Positions 44,050 through 53,539 of a stretch of 64,000 nucleotides of DNA are shown here, one piece after another (the stretch's first letter is position 1; the number at the start of each line of letters is the position of its first letter). The DNA comes from Candidatus Woesearchaeota archaeon (GTDB lineage: Archaea; Nanobdellota; Nanobdellia; Pacearchaeales; GW2011-AR1). The stretch covers positions 176-64,175 of the forward strand of contig CAZFHC010000002.1 in assembly GCA_964518625.1 (NCBI GenBank), given 5' to 3'. Made by a program: the position numbers and the translations under genes. The notes beneath the pieces were generated by a model that was given only the letters and a program-made list of their open reading frames with translations, ran no database searches and was not told where the DNA came from.

Positions 44050-44714
44050 ATCAACCCATTCTCATTCAAACTCCAATAGTTATTTTTACCCAAAATAACA
44101 TGATCCAAAATTTCAATTCCCATAACTTTTCCAGCTTTAATCAATTCTCTTGTAGATTTTAAATCAGATTCAGAAGGTGTAGGATCTCCAGAAGGATGAT
44201 TATGAGCTAAAATAATAGCAGCCGCACTTTCTTCCAATGCGAACTTAAAAATTTCTCTAGGATTAATAATTGATTCACTCAAGGAACCAATAAAAATTTT
44301 CTTTTTATTAATAACTCTTTTTCTCGTGTTCAAAAAGATTGCAATCAAACACTCCTGTTCCAAATGTTGTGTATTAGGAAGCAACATATTCGCAACATCT
44401 TCAGCAGAACGAATGACAATTTTATCATTTCTATCAGGAAGACGAATTCTTCGACCTAACTCAAAACATGAAATAATTTTACAAGCCTTAGCCTGACCAA
44501 TCCCATACTCGTTTTTTAACTGAGAAATAGAAACTCCAGAAAGTCTTTGAAGATTATATTTTAAACTCAATTTTTTAGCAATTTCAATAACACTTTCTTC
44601 TTTTGTTCCCGTATTCAATAGAATAGCCAGAAGTTCATAATCAGTTAAAGTCTCAACACCATAATCAAGAAGTTTTTCTCTAGGGAATTCATCAGGATGA
44701 AATAACTTTGACAT
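44046..44714 (-). CDS. radC: RadC-like JAB/MPN domain protein (UPF0758)
   Basis: N-terminal HhH-like region and the C-terminal JAMM motif ..AAAIILAHNHPSGDPTPSESD.. Confidence 0.88.
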   Translation of the reverse strand: MSKLFHPDEFPREKLLDYGVETLTDYELLAILLNTGTKEESVIEIAKKLSLKYNLQRLSGVSISQLKNEYGIGQAKACKIISCFELGRRIRLPDRNDKIVIRSAEDVANMLLPNTQHLEQECLIAIFLNTRKRVINKKKIFIGSLSESIINPREIFKFALEESAAAIILAHNHPSGDPTPSESDLKSTRELIKAGKVMGIEILDHVILGKNNYWSLNENGLI

Positions 44715-44787
44715 AAAACATAATAAATCATAAGATATAAAAGACTGATTAGAATTATAGGATAAGTTTTAGATTATAATTAAAACG

Positions 44788-44804
44788 AAAGCCCATATCG
44801 CATA
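44788..44804 (+). repeat. duplicated tRNA-Ser 5' segment (3 nt leader + positions 1-14)
   Basis: aaaGCCCATATCGCATA is identical to 44844-44860 (offset 56 nt). Followed by the small hairpin AGCAA-tcaag-TTGCT. Confidence 0.65.
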
Positions 44805-44846
44805 GAGTAGCAATCAAGTTGCTTCACAAATGTAATCTGAGCTAAA

Positions 44847-44927
44847 GCCCATATCGCATAATGGTATTGCACGCGGCTCGAACCCGCGGCCCTTCGGGGC
44901 ATCCCCGTCCGATTCGGGGTATGGGCG
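44847..44927 (+). tRNA. tRNA-Ser (CGA)
   Basis: GCCCATA/TATGGGC acceptor, CGCGG-CTCGAAC-CCGCG anticodon arm, long variable arm GCCC-TTCG-GGGC, T arm CCCCG-TCCGATT-CGGGG (C at position 55). Confidence 0.85.
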
Positions 44928-45101
44928 TTGCCTCCTTATTCTCCAATTTGAGGTACACTTAGCAGTGTTATTCTTCTAAGTCAAGTTTGTCCTGGCATGA
45001 TTAGTTTGATCAATAAAGTATTTGTTCATTTAAGAGATAATTTATATAGTGGATTTTATACCACTAATTTTAAAAACTATTTTTCATCCTAATTAATATT
45101 A

Positions 45102-45182
45102 GCCCATATCGCATAATGGTATTGCACTGGACTTGAAATCCAGGCCCTTCGGGGCATCCCCGTCCGATTCGGGGTATGGGCG
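45102..45182 (+). tRNA. tRNA-Ser (UGA)
   Basis: Identical to tRNA-Ser(CGA) outside the anticodon arm (CTGGA-CTTGAAA-TCCAG). TTTTAAAAA box at -34..-26. T-run after the 3' end. Confidence 0.85.
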
Positions 45183-45365
45183 TTTTTTCGAATCTGTATG
45201 CTGGGTATAGGTTTAAGTGAAAACTTTAGGTTTTTCTTCTGAGATTATAATTTCAGTTTCCGAGCAATTCATATGCAACGACGATTCTATGAACTAATCG
45301 TGTTTTTGATAGAAATAATGTTAGGAAGGTATATAATATATTTTTGATAAATATTTTCAGGAAAA

Positions 45366-46313
45366 ATGAAACTTAGTAAAAAAGAGATATCAAGTATTGC
45401 AGAATTATTTACTTTGGGTAAAGTAAATAATTCTGTGGCAATCAATGGCGGATTAGTAAATTATAATTATATTCTTCAAACTCTAAAAGGTAAGTTCATT
45501 ATTAGAATTGTCGGAAAAAATGATAAAAACAAATTAAGTCAGTTAAAACTTCAGTTTAAAGTAGCAGATTATTTAGAACAGAAATCTTTTCCATATGAAA
45601 TTCCAATTCCATTGAAAACAAATAGAAACCAACAATTGATAACAATTAAGGGTAGATATGTCTGGGTTTATAAAATGATTAATGGTAAAAACTCTATGCG
45701 TCCCAGCTCTTCACAAATGTGTCAATTAGCTGAGGCATTAGCTATTTATCATAAATATATTAAAGGATTCAAAGCTCCAAAACAAAAGGATGATTCAAAT
45801 AAAAGGATAATCACAGGGTTCTCTAAAATGCATAAAATGATTGCTAAAACTGAGGCTGAAAAATTTGCGTTAAAACATATTGAACAATTTGAAAATATAT
45901 TTAATGAAACAAGTAAAATAAAATGTTCTATGAATGAACTTTTTATCCACTCCGATTTTGATTCAACTAATGTTTTGTTTGACAAAGGTAAGCTCAAAGG
46001 AATTATTGATTTTGATGAATTACATTCAGCACCTAGAATTTATGATGTATCTATTTCAATTAGAGATTCTTGTTATACAAAGGGAAAGTTGGATATGGAA
46101 AAAGCAAAAATATTTTTAAAAGAATATGAAAAGATTAGTAAGTTGAGCAAAAAAGAAAAAAGAATGATTATCCCAATCATATTATACGAAAGTGTAGATT
46201 ACTATGTTTGGATTGTTATTGATATGCAAAAAGAAGCAGATAATAAAAAAAAATATCTGAAAGAGATGGTTGTCCTTACAAAAGATATAATTGAAACAGG
46301 GAAAAAGTTCTAA
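45366..46313 (+). CDS. aminoglycoside/choline/homoserine-kinase-type phosphotransferase (APH family)
   Basis: Catalytic loop IHSDFDSTNVLF (HxDxxxxN) and IIDFDE (DFD) motif. Confidence 0.75.
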   Translation: MKLSKKEISSIAELFTLGKVNNSVAINGGLVNYNYILQTLKGKFIIRIVGKNDKNKLSQLKLQFKVADYLEQKSFPYEIPIPLKTNRNQQLITIKGRYVWVYKMINGKNSMRPSSSQMCQLAEALAIYHKYIKGFKAPKQKDDSNKRIITGFSKMHKMIAKTEAEKFALKHIEQFENIFNETSKIKCSMNELFIHSDFDSTNVLFDKGKLKGIIDFDELHSAPRIYDVSISIRDSCYTKGKLDMEKAKIFLKEYEKISKLSKKEKRMIIPIILYESVDYYVWIVIDMQKEADNKKKYLKEMVVLTKDIIETGKKF

Positions 46314-46465
46314 ATATTAATATTTTAATTAAGACATTGTACTAATTGGTCATTTCGAGTCTTTAAGTGCACGTATCAAATAAATATGCCTTCATTTAAA
46401 ATAGTAGGAATTCTAAATTTTATCCTAACCACAACAAATAATAACACCTTCAACCTTCTAAAATT

Positions 46466-47041
46466 ATGAGTAATTTTGAACTCGAAAAACAAAATGCATT
46501 AACAAAGCAAGATAAAGCTCAGGAACAAAAATGGGACGAAAAAATCAAATCTCTTTGTAACAATATAAATCATCATTCTAAATATTTTTCAACATCATCT
46601 TGCTCAGGAAGAATAACTCTTTTAAGAACATCAACGAAAAAAATCAAAAACACCATTTTATTTAAAACACATAGTTTTGCAAATCCACAACAAATATGGA
46701 AAACAATAATAGAAAACAAACATCAAGAAATATTATATCTAAGACAAGAGCCAGCAGCATTACATGTTGCATGCAAAACACTGGAAGACGCAATAAAATT
46801 AATTGAAATAGCAAAAGAATCAGGATTTAAAAGATCAGGAATAGCATCTTTCAAAGAAAAATTTGTTTGTGAAATTATTTCAACAGAATGGATAATAATT
46901 CCAATAATAAAAAATGATGAGATTTTAGTAAATGAAAGATTTATTTTAGTAGCAATCATCGAAGCTAATAAAAAATTAGAGAAGACATGGAAAAAAATTG
47001 AAAGTTTCAACCAAAAATTTATAAAGACTTTTTTTTATTAA
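46466..47041 (+). CDS. taw3: tRNA wyosine-derivative methyltransferase Taw3/TYW3-like
   Basis: ..YFSTSSCSGRITLL.. (the SSCSGRI signature of TYW3) and ..EPAALHVACKTLEDA.. Confidence 0.7.
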   Translation: MSNFELEKQNALTKQDKAQEQKWDEKIKSLCNNINHHSKYFSTSSCSGRITLLRTSTKKIKNTILFKTHSFANPQQIWKTIIENKHQEILYLRQEPAALHVACKTLEDAIKLIEIAKESGFKRSGIASFKEKFVCEIISTEWIIIPIIKNDEILVNERFILVAIIEANKKLEKTWKKIESFNQKFIKTFFY

Positions 47042-47048
47042 TTTAATA

Positions 47049-49637
47049 ATGGAAGAAAAATTTGTATATTCTTTTAAGGAGGGTAAAAAAGAAATGAAAG
47101 AGTTGTTAGGTGGTAAAGGTGCTAACCTTGCCGAGATGACAAACCTTGGTGTTCCAGTCCCCCCAGGATTTACTATTACAACAGAAGCATGTGATTATTA
47201 TTATAAAGACGGACAAAAATTATCTGAAAAAATTTTAGTTCAAGTTAACAAATATTTAGATGCTCTTGAATTAACAATGAATAAAAAGCTAGGAGATGAA
47301 AATGACCCGTTATTAGTTTCTGTTCGTTCTGGTGCTGCAGTTTCAATGCCTGGAATGATGGACACAGTTCTTAATCTAGGACTAAACGACAAATCTGTTT
47401 TAGGATTAGCAACTAAAACAAACAATGAAAGATTTGCTTGGGATGCTTATAGAAGATTTATTCAAATGTTTGGAGATGTTGTTATGGAAGTTCCACACAA
47501 GGGGTTCGAAAAAGCTTTAGAATCTATAAAACAAGAAAAGGGTGTTGAATATGATACAGGATTAGAAACTGAAGATATGAAAAAGGTTGTAGAGAAATAT
47601 AAAGAAGTAATTCTAGAAGCTAAAGGAAAAAGTTTCCCACAAGATCCTAAAATACAATTATTAATGTCTATCGAAGCTGTTTTTGGTTCATGGAATAACG
47701 AAAGAGCTATTGTTTATAGAAGACTTAATCATATTGCAAGTTTGCTTGGAACAGCAGTTAGTGTCCAATCTATGGTTTTTGGGAATATGGGAGAAACCTC
47801 AGGGACTGGTGTTTGTTTTAGTAGAGATCCTTCAACGGGTAAAAAAATATTTTATGGAGAATATTTAATGAATGCACAAGGTGAAGATGTTGTAGCAGGG
47901 ATTAGAACACCAAATCCAATCACACAGTTACAAGAACAAAACACAGAAGTCTATCAAGAGTTAGTTGACATCAAAGATAGATTAGAAAATCATTACAAAG
48001 ATATGCAAGATATGGAATTCACAATTCAAGAAGGAAAATTATTCTTTTTACAAACTAGAAATGGTAAAAGAACGGCTCCTGCAGCTGTAAAAATTGCTGT
48101 CGATTTAGTTAGTGAAGGTCTTTTAACAAAAGAAGAAGCTTTAATGAAAGTTGAAGCAAATACACTTGAACAATTATTGCATCCTGGATTAGATTCAGTT
48201 GCTAAATCTCAACACGAATCAATTACAAATGGTTTACCTGCAAGTCCTGGTGCTGCAGTTGGTAAAATTGTATTTACAGCAAATGCTGCTCATGCAAGTG
48301 CTGAAGCTGGCGAACCTGTGATTCTAGTAAGGACAGAAACATCTCCAGAAGATATTGAAGGGATGAATGCGGCTAAAGGAATACTAACATCTCGTGGTGG
48401 AATGACATCTCATGCAGCGGTTGTTGCAAGAGGAATGGGAAAATGTTGTGTAGCTGGATGTGGAGATGCAAAGATTTCTGAAGAAGATAGAAAGATGATT
48501 ATTAATGGGAAAGAATTTTTAGAAGGAGATTATATAACTCTTGATGGGTCAACAGGTGAAGTCTTCGAAGGAAAAATTCCTACAGTAGAGCCAGAATTAA
48601 GTGAAGATTTTTCAAAGATTATGGAATGGGCTGATGAATTTAGAAAATTAGATGTTAGAACAAATGCAGATTCTCCAAAAGATGCAGAAGTTGCTATTAA
48701 ATTTGGTGCTCAAGGTATTGGGCTTTGTAGGACAGAACATATGTTCTTTGGTGGACAAAGGATTAGAGCAATGAGAGAAATGATTTTATCTGAAACAGTT
48801 GAAGGAAGAGAGGCAGCTTTAGAAAAATTATTACCATTTCAAAAAGCAGATTTCAAGGGACTCTTTGAAGTAATGAACGGGAAACCAGTAACAATTAGAT
48901 TACTTGATCCACCTTTACACGAATTTTTACCTCAAGATGAAGAAGAAATTGTATCTATTGCAAATGAAATGGCCGTAACACCACAACATTTGAAAACAAA
49001 AATTAAAGAATTACATGAAGTAAACCCAATGCTTGGTCATAGAGGATGTAGATTAGGAATTACATATAACGAAATTACAAAAATGCAAACAAGAGCAATC
49101 ATTGAAGCAGCAAAAGAAACTGGTGCTAAAGCTGAGATAATGGTTCCACTAGTAGGGAATGTTAAAGAATTTGAAAATCAAAAAGTAATTATTGAAGCTG
49201 TAGCAAAAGAATTAGAATTTACAAATTATCAAATAGGTACAATGATTGAAGTCCCAAGAGGAGCTTTAACAGCTGATGAAATTGCAAAACATGCTGAGTT
49301 CTTTAGTTTTGGGACAAATGATTTGACCCAAATGACATTAGGATTTAGTCGAGATGATGTAGGGAAATTTATACCAGAATATATTGCCAAAGGAATTTAT
49401 GAAAGAGATCCATTCCAAGCACTAGACCAAACAGGTGTAGGACAACTAATAACTCATGCAGTAGAGAAAGGAAGAAGTACAAGAAAAAATTTAAAGATTG
49501 GAATTTGTGGAGAACATGGTGGAGAACCAACCTCAATTGAATTCTGTCATAAAGCTGGATTGGATTATGTAAGCTGTTCACCATACAGAGTACCTATCGC
49601 AAGATTAGCAGCGGCACAAGCAGCAATTAAAAATTAA
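47049..49637 (+). CDS. ppdK: pyruvate, phosphate dikinase
   Basis: GGKGANLAEM, phospho-His region TSRGGMTSHAAVVARGMGK, GLCRTEHMFF, FFSFGTNDLTQ. 862 aa. Confidence 0.95.
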   Translation: MEEKFVYSFKEGKKEMKELLGGKGANLAEMTNLGVPVPPGFTITTEACDYYYKDGQKLSEKILVQVNKYLDALELTMNKKLGDENDPLLVSVRSGAAVSMPGMMDTVLNLGLNDKSVLGLATKTNNERFAWDAYRRFIQMFGDVVMEVPHKGFEKALESIKQEKGVEYDTGLETEDMKKVVEKYKEVILEAKGKSFPQDPKIQLLMSIEAVFGSWNNERAIVYRRLNHIASLLGTAVSVQSMVFGNMGETSGTGVCFSRDPSTGKKIFYGEYLMNAQGEDVVAGIRTPNPITQLQEQNTEVYQELVDIKDRLENHYKDMQDMEFTIQEGKLFFLQTRNGKRTAPAAVKIAVDLVSEGLLTKEEALMKVEANTLEQLLHPGLDSVAKSQHESITNGLPASPGAAVGKIVFTANAAHASAEAGEPVILVRTETSPEDIEGMNAAKGILTSRGGMTSHAAVVARGMGKCCVAGCGDAKISEEDRKMIINGKEFLEGDYITLDGSTGEVFEGKIPTVEPELSEDFSKIMEWADEFRKLDVRTNADSPKDAEVAIKFGAQGIGLCRTEHMFFGGQRIRAMREMILSETVEGREAALEKLLPFQKADFKGLFEVMNGKPVTIRLLDPPLHEFLPQDEEEIVSIANEMAVTPQHLKTKIKELHEVNPMLGHRGCRLGITYNEITKMQTRAIIEAAKETGAKAEIMVPLVGNVKEFENQKVIIEAVAKELEFTNYQIGTMIEVPRGALTADEIAKHAEFFSFGTNDLTQMTLGFSRDDVGKFIPEYIAKGIYERDPFQALDQTGVGQLITHAVEKGRSTRKNLKIGICGEHGGEPTSIEFCHKAGLDYVSCSPYRVPIARLAAAQAAIKN

Positions 49638-49645
49638 TTTTTAAA

Positions 49646-50371
49646 CTAGCCAAAAATATTTTGTTCTAAAGTATAAACTTTTTTATTAAATAAAAACAAA
49701 TCAATTTGAGCTTTCTTATCTAATTGTTCACCGCTCAATGTCTTTTCCAATAACAGTGGCAAAAACTCCTCATAATTAACCCAAACATCAACAATAATAT
49801 TTTTGTTTGATTTCGGCTTTAGACTAAACCAATCAAGATTCCCATTAATAATTTCCATTTCTTTTTGATGAACTTTAATACCAATCCCAGGAAAAAATAT
49901 TGGAATCCATGTAGGATTTCCAAGATTAATAGTTAAATCTTTGTTTCCATCAGGAATAGTCAGATTTTCAGGATTAACTTCAAAAGCAATTAATTCAGAT
50001 TGGACTTGTTCCATGGAAATATCAGTATTAAGTTGAGTAATCCCATAAATATTCAAAGCTAAATATAAATTAAAAACAAAAATAATTAATCTAATAATTC
50101 TCATAACCTTTTTTCTTTTTCTTTTCCGTTCTTTTCTGATTTCTTTTTTGTCCTGCCTAATCTTTTTCTTTTCTTCTCTTAATTCTAAATTTTTATCACT
50201 ATTGTGCATACCATTTTTTGTTTCTATCTTTTTTATATTCTCTTTGTTATATTTTGCCTGAGAAGATACATTTAATTTTTTTTCCTTAGGAACATTTTTT
50301 CCTTTATTATGATTATTAATCTTATTCTTCTTAATAGAAGTAGTTTTATTATTAGAAACCTTTTTTACCAT
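49646..50371 (-). CDS. hypothetical membrane-anchored protein with Lys-rich N-terminal region
   Basis: ATG 50371. K-rich region of about 100 aa, one TM (IIRLIIFVFNLYLALNIYGI), then a beta-rich extracytoplasmic domain. Confidence 0.5.
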   Translation of the reverse strand: MVKKVSNNKTTSIKKNKINNHNKGKNVPKEKKLNVSSQAKYNKENIKKIETKNGMHNSDKNLELREEKKKIRQDKKEIRKERKRKRKKVMRIIRLIIFVFNLYLALNIYGITQLNTDISMEQVQSELIAFEVNPENLTIPDGNKDLTINLGNPTWIPIFFPGIGIKVHQKEMEIINGNLDWFSLKPKSNKNIIVDVWVNYEEFLPLLLEKTLSGEQLDKKAQIDLFLFNKKVYTLEQNIFG

Positions 50372-50504
50372 AAAAAATAAAAACAATAAAACTATTTAAT
50401 ACTTTCTTCAATTTTTACATATACCAGTTGATATTCAAAATTGGTTTTTAGATTCATCATTGCTCCACCCTTAACTTTTTATATCTTCAAAAAGTAATAA
50501 TCTT

Positions 50505-52325
50505 ATGAAAGAAAAATACTATGTAACAACACCAATATACTATCCAAATGATATTCCTCATGTTGGCCATGCCTATACAACAATAGTCTGTGACGTAATA
50601 GCAAGATGGAACAAATTATTAGGAAAAGATGTTTTCTTTTTAACAGGAACAGATGAACACGGTAAAAAAATTCAAGAAACAGCAGAAGCAGTAGGCAAAG
50701 AACCAAAAGAATTTGTTGATGATCTAATCCCTAAATTTAAAGATGCATGGAAGAAATTGGATATAGATTATAATAGATTTATTAGAACAACTGATGAAGA
50801 TCATGAAAAAAACGTCCAAGATATATTGCAAAAAGTTTATGAAAATGGCGATATATATTTAGGAGAATACGAAGGATTATATTGTACAGGTTGTGAAAGA
50901 TATTATACAGAAAAAGAATTAGAAGATGGGAACTGTCCAATACATAAAAAACCAGCAGAACTGCTAAAAGAAAAATCATATTTTTTCAAGCTTTCAAAAT
51001 ATCAAGATAAATTATTAAAATTCTATGAAGATAATCCAGAATTTTTACAACCAAAATCAAGAAAAAATGAAATAATAAATAGAGTAAAAGAAGAACTAAG
51101 AGATTTCTCAATTTCAAGGACATCTTTCGCATGGGGAATCCCATTACCTTTTGACAAAGCACATGTTTGTTATGTTTGGTTTGATGCACTTCTAAATTAT
51201 TATACAGCCGTAAAAGATAAAGGTTATTTTCCAGCAAATATTCATGTAATGGCAAAAGATATTTTCTGGTTCCATTCAGTCTATTGGCCAGCAATGTTAA
51301 TGTCAGCAGAATTACCAATCCCAAAAATTATTTTTGCACATGGATATTGGACATTTAATAAAGAAAAAATTTCAAAATCAAGAGGTAAAATAATTAATAT
51401 TGATGAGTTAATTGCATTAACAGGGAATCCAGATTCAGCAAGGTATTTTTTATTAAGACATACAGCATTTGGAGACGATGGAGACTTCTCAGAAAAAGCA
51501 TTAGTAGATAGGCATAATACAGAATTGCTAAATAAATTAGGAAATTTAGTAAGTAGAACTTCAGGACTTATCGAAAAAAATGGAATGGAAAAATGTTCTA
51601 ATTCTCTAAAAATAGATCTAAATAAAATAAAAAAATTATTTGAGAAGTATGAATTCGATAAAATATTAAATGAGGTATTTGCATTCATCGATAAAACAAA
51701 TGAATATATTCAGAACAACAAGCCTTGGGAGACAAAAGATAAAAAAGTACTCTATGAAATCGCCGATGCAATAAAACAAATAGTAATTCTTTTATCTCCA
51801 TTCATGCCAGAAACATGTAAAAAAATTGCAGAACAATTCCATTTTGATTTAACTCTAGAACAATTAGATAAACAACTAGAAGTTACAAAAATAAAAAAGG
51901 AAGGACATCTATTCTTAAGAATAGAATATAAAGTTCAAGAACAAAAAGTTAATAAAGAGCCAGAAATTAAAGAAATTATGGATGGAGTAGCAGAATTAAA
52001 ATTTGAAGATTGGACAAAAGTAGATTTACGAGTAGGTGAAATAACAAATGTAGGAGATATAGAAGGGGCAGACAAATTATACAACTTAACAATTGATTTA
52101 GGAGAAGAAAAACCAAGGACAATATTATCAGGATTAAAAGATAATTATACAGCAGAAGAATTAAGTGGAATGAAAGTTATTGTAATTTCTAATTTAGCAC
52201 CACGAAAAATGAGAGGAGTAATGTCAGAAGGAATGATTCTAGCAGCAGTAAGTGATGACGATTCAAAAGTAATTCTAATTAGTCCATCAAAAAATGATAT
52301 AGAGAATGGTTCTAAAGTTTGTTAA
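50505..52325 (+). CDS. metG: methionyl-tRNA synthetase with C-terminal tRNA-binding (Trbp111/EMAPII-like) domain
   Basis: HIGH-type motif PHVGHAYT, Zn knuckle CTGCERY..CPIH, KMSKS-type KISKSRG, C-terminal ..VDLRVGEI.. Confidence 0.95.
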   Translation: MKEKYYVTTPIYYPNDIPHVGHAYTTIVCDVIARWNKLLGKDVFFLTGTDEHGKKIQETAEAVGKEPKEFVDDLIPKFKDAWKKLDIDYNRFIRTTDEDHEKNVQDILQKVYENGDIYLGEYEGLYCTGCERYYTEKELEDGNCPIHKKPAELLKEKSYFFKLSKYQDKLLKFYEDNPEFLQPKSRKNEIINRVKEELRDFSISRTSFAWGIPLPFDKAHVCYVWFDALLNYYTAVKDKGYFPANIHVMAKDIFWFHSVYWPAMLMSAELPIPKIIFAHGYWTFNKEKISKSRGKIINIDELIALTGNPDSARYFLLRHTAFGDDGDFSEKALVDRHNTELLNKLGNLVSRTSGLIEKNGMEKCSNSLKIDLNKIKKLFEKYEFDKILNEVFAFIDKTNEYIQNNKPWETKDKKVLYEIADAIKQIVILLSPFMPETCKKIAEQFHFDLTLEQLDKQLEVTKIKKEGHLFLRIEYKVQEQKVNKEPEIKEIMDGVAELKFEDWTKVDLRVGEITNVGDIEGADKLYNLTIDLGEEKPRTILSGLKDNYTAEELSGMKVIVISNLAPRKMRGVMSEGMILAAVSDDDSKVILISPSKNDIENGSKVC

Positions 52326-52341
52326 TATTTTTTGTCAAAAT

Positions 52342-53454
52342 CTAATCTATTACCATAAATCTCAAGATTCCACCAAATCCACCCAAATTATTAAACTGGA
52401 CACCTTCCATTGTATCTTCAGTAACCAAATGAATTTCAGTAGAACTTGCCTTAGCTAATTCTTCAAAAGCTTTAATCTTCTTTCTATCCATACTCTTTGA
52501 CATAATCAATTTACCAATAGCGCCACGATTTAATCTATTCTCAACCTCAGCCTCACCATAACTGACTTTATCAGGTTCCTTTGCAAGCATTTCAAAAAAT
52601 TCATCTAAAATTCTCTTTTGCTTCGTAACTTCTTGATCAGCTAAAACATCTTCACATAAATTTACTAAATTTACTAAACCAGCCATTCCAGTATCTCCTA
52701 AATCCTTAACAGCAATAACTTTTTCCTTTAACTTAGTAACCAACATACCTTTATCCAAGAACATTTCCTTAGTCGGAATAGGACCACCAACCAAAATACC
52801 TTTCAATTTTTTATTCTCAAAAAAATGATTTTTCAAAGCTTCAGCAACTCTCTTGAAAAATTCCTTAGCCATTCCTTCTCTAATCCTATAGAATCTCTGA
52901 GAAGACTGACCACCAGCCTTAGTTTTACCCGGAATACCAGAAGTCATTTTCTGTAAAATTTTAATATGTTTACCATCTAAAACACCAATAGTGGCTTCAT
53001 TTCTCTCAATAATCAATAAAGCATAAATTTCATCCGTAATCAACATATCTTTTAAAGGTTCTAAAACAAAAGTCTGATCACACCTGTAAACTCTAATCTT
53101 TAATTTCTTAGGAGGTTCATAAGCCCAAACTTCCAAACTCTCTTTTCCCTCAACTTTACTAACATTACCACTAAAAACAACTAATCCATTTGGAGGAGTC
53201 CTACCAATGTCTTTCAATTTACGAATAGCTCTTTCAAGTGCATTAATAACATTTTTTCTAGTAGAATTTCCTTTAATATTAGTTGCAGTACCCTTCTCAT
53301 CTTCAAGTTGCTTCGTAACCTGTGTCAAAGTAAATCCAGCAGGAACATAAACACTAATTAATTCAGTATGCCTACCACGATAACCATCAAGTTCCTCAAC
53401 TAATGATTCCAATTCAAACTGATCAGTTTCCGACATATTTGCCATATTAAACAT
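52342..53454 (-). CDS. prf1: peptide chain release factor aRF1
   Basis: GGQ motif KAGGQSSQRF. NIKS-region reads GTATNIKGNSTRKNV. Three-domain length. Alternative ATGs at 53445 and 53436. Confidence 0.92.
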   Translation of the reverse strand: MFNMANMSETDQFELESLVEELDGYRGRHTELISVYVPAGFTLTQVTKQLEDEKGTATNIKGNSTRKNVINALERAIRKLKDIGRTPPNGLVVFSGNVSKVEGKESLEVWAYEPPKKLKIRVYRCDQTFVLEPLKDMLITDEIYALLIIERNEATIGVLDGKHIKILQKMTSGIPGKTKAGGQSSQRFYRIREGMAKEFFKRVAEALKNHFFENKKLKGILVGGPIPTKEMFLDKGMLVTKLKEKVIAVKDLGDTGMAGLVNLVNLCEDVLADQEVTKQKRILDEFFEMLAKEPDKVSYGEAEVENRLNRGAIGKLIMSKSMDRKKIKAFEELAKASSTEIHLVTEDTMEGVQFNNLGGFGGILRFMVID

Positions 53455-53539
53455 TAAGAAATATAGTTTTTAAGAGTTAGGGGTAAAATAATTTAGTAAA
53501 ATTCCACATATAAACAATAAGGTATAGATTAAATATTTC

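Noticed and set aside
50503-51688. Four minus-strand ORFs (50503-50706, 50782-50979, 50986-51324, 51281-51688)
   Set aside because: They are antisense shadows of metG, with repetitive Leu/His-rich translations.
52342-53454. The aRF1 NIKS region reads NIKG: possible stop-codon reassignment?
   Set aside because: All three stop codons terminate well-supported genes in this window (TAG: rps9, rps14; TGA: rpl3, rpl4, rps17; TAA: many). There is therefore no evidence for recoding.
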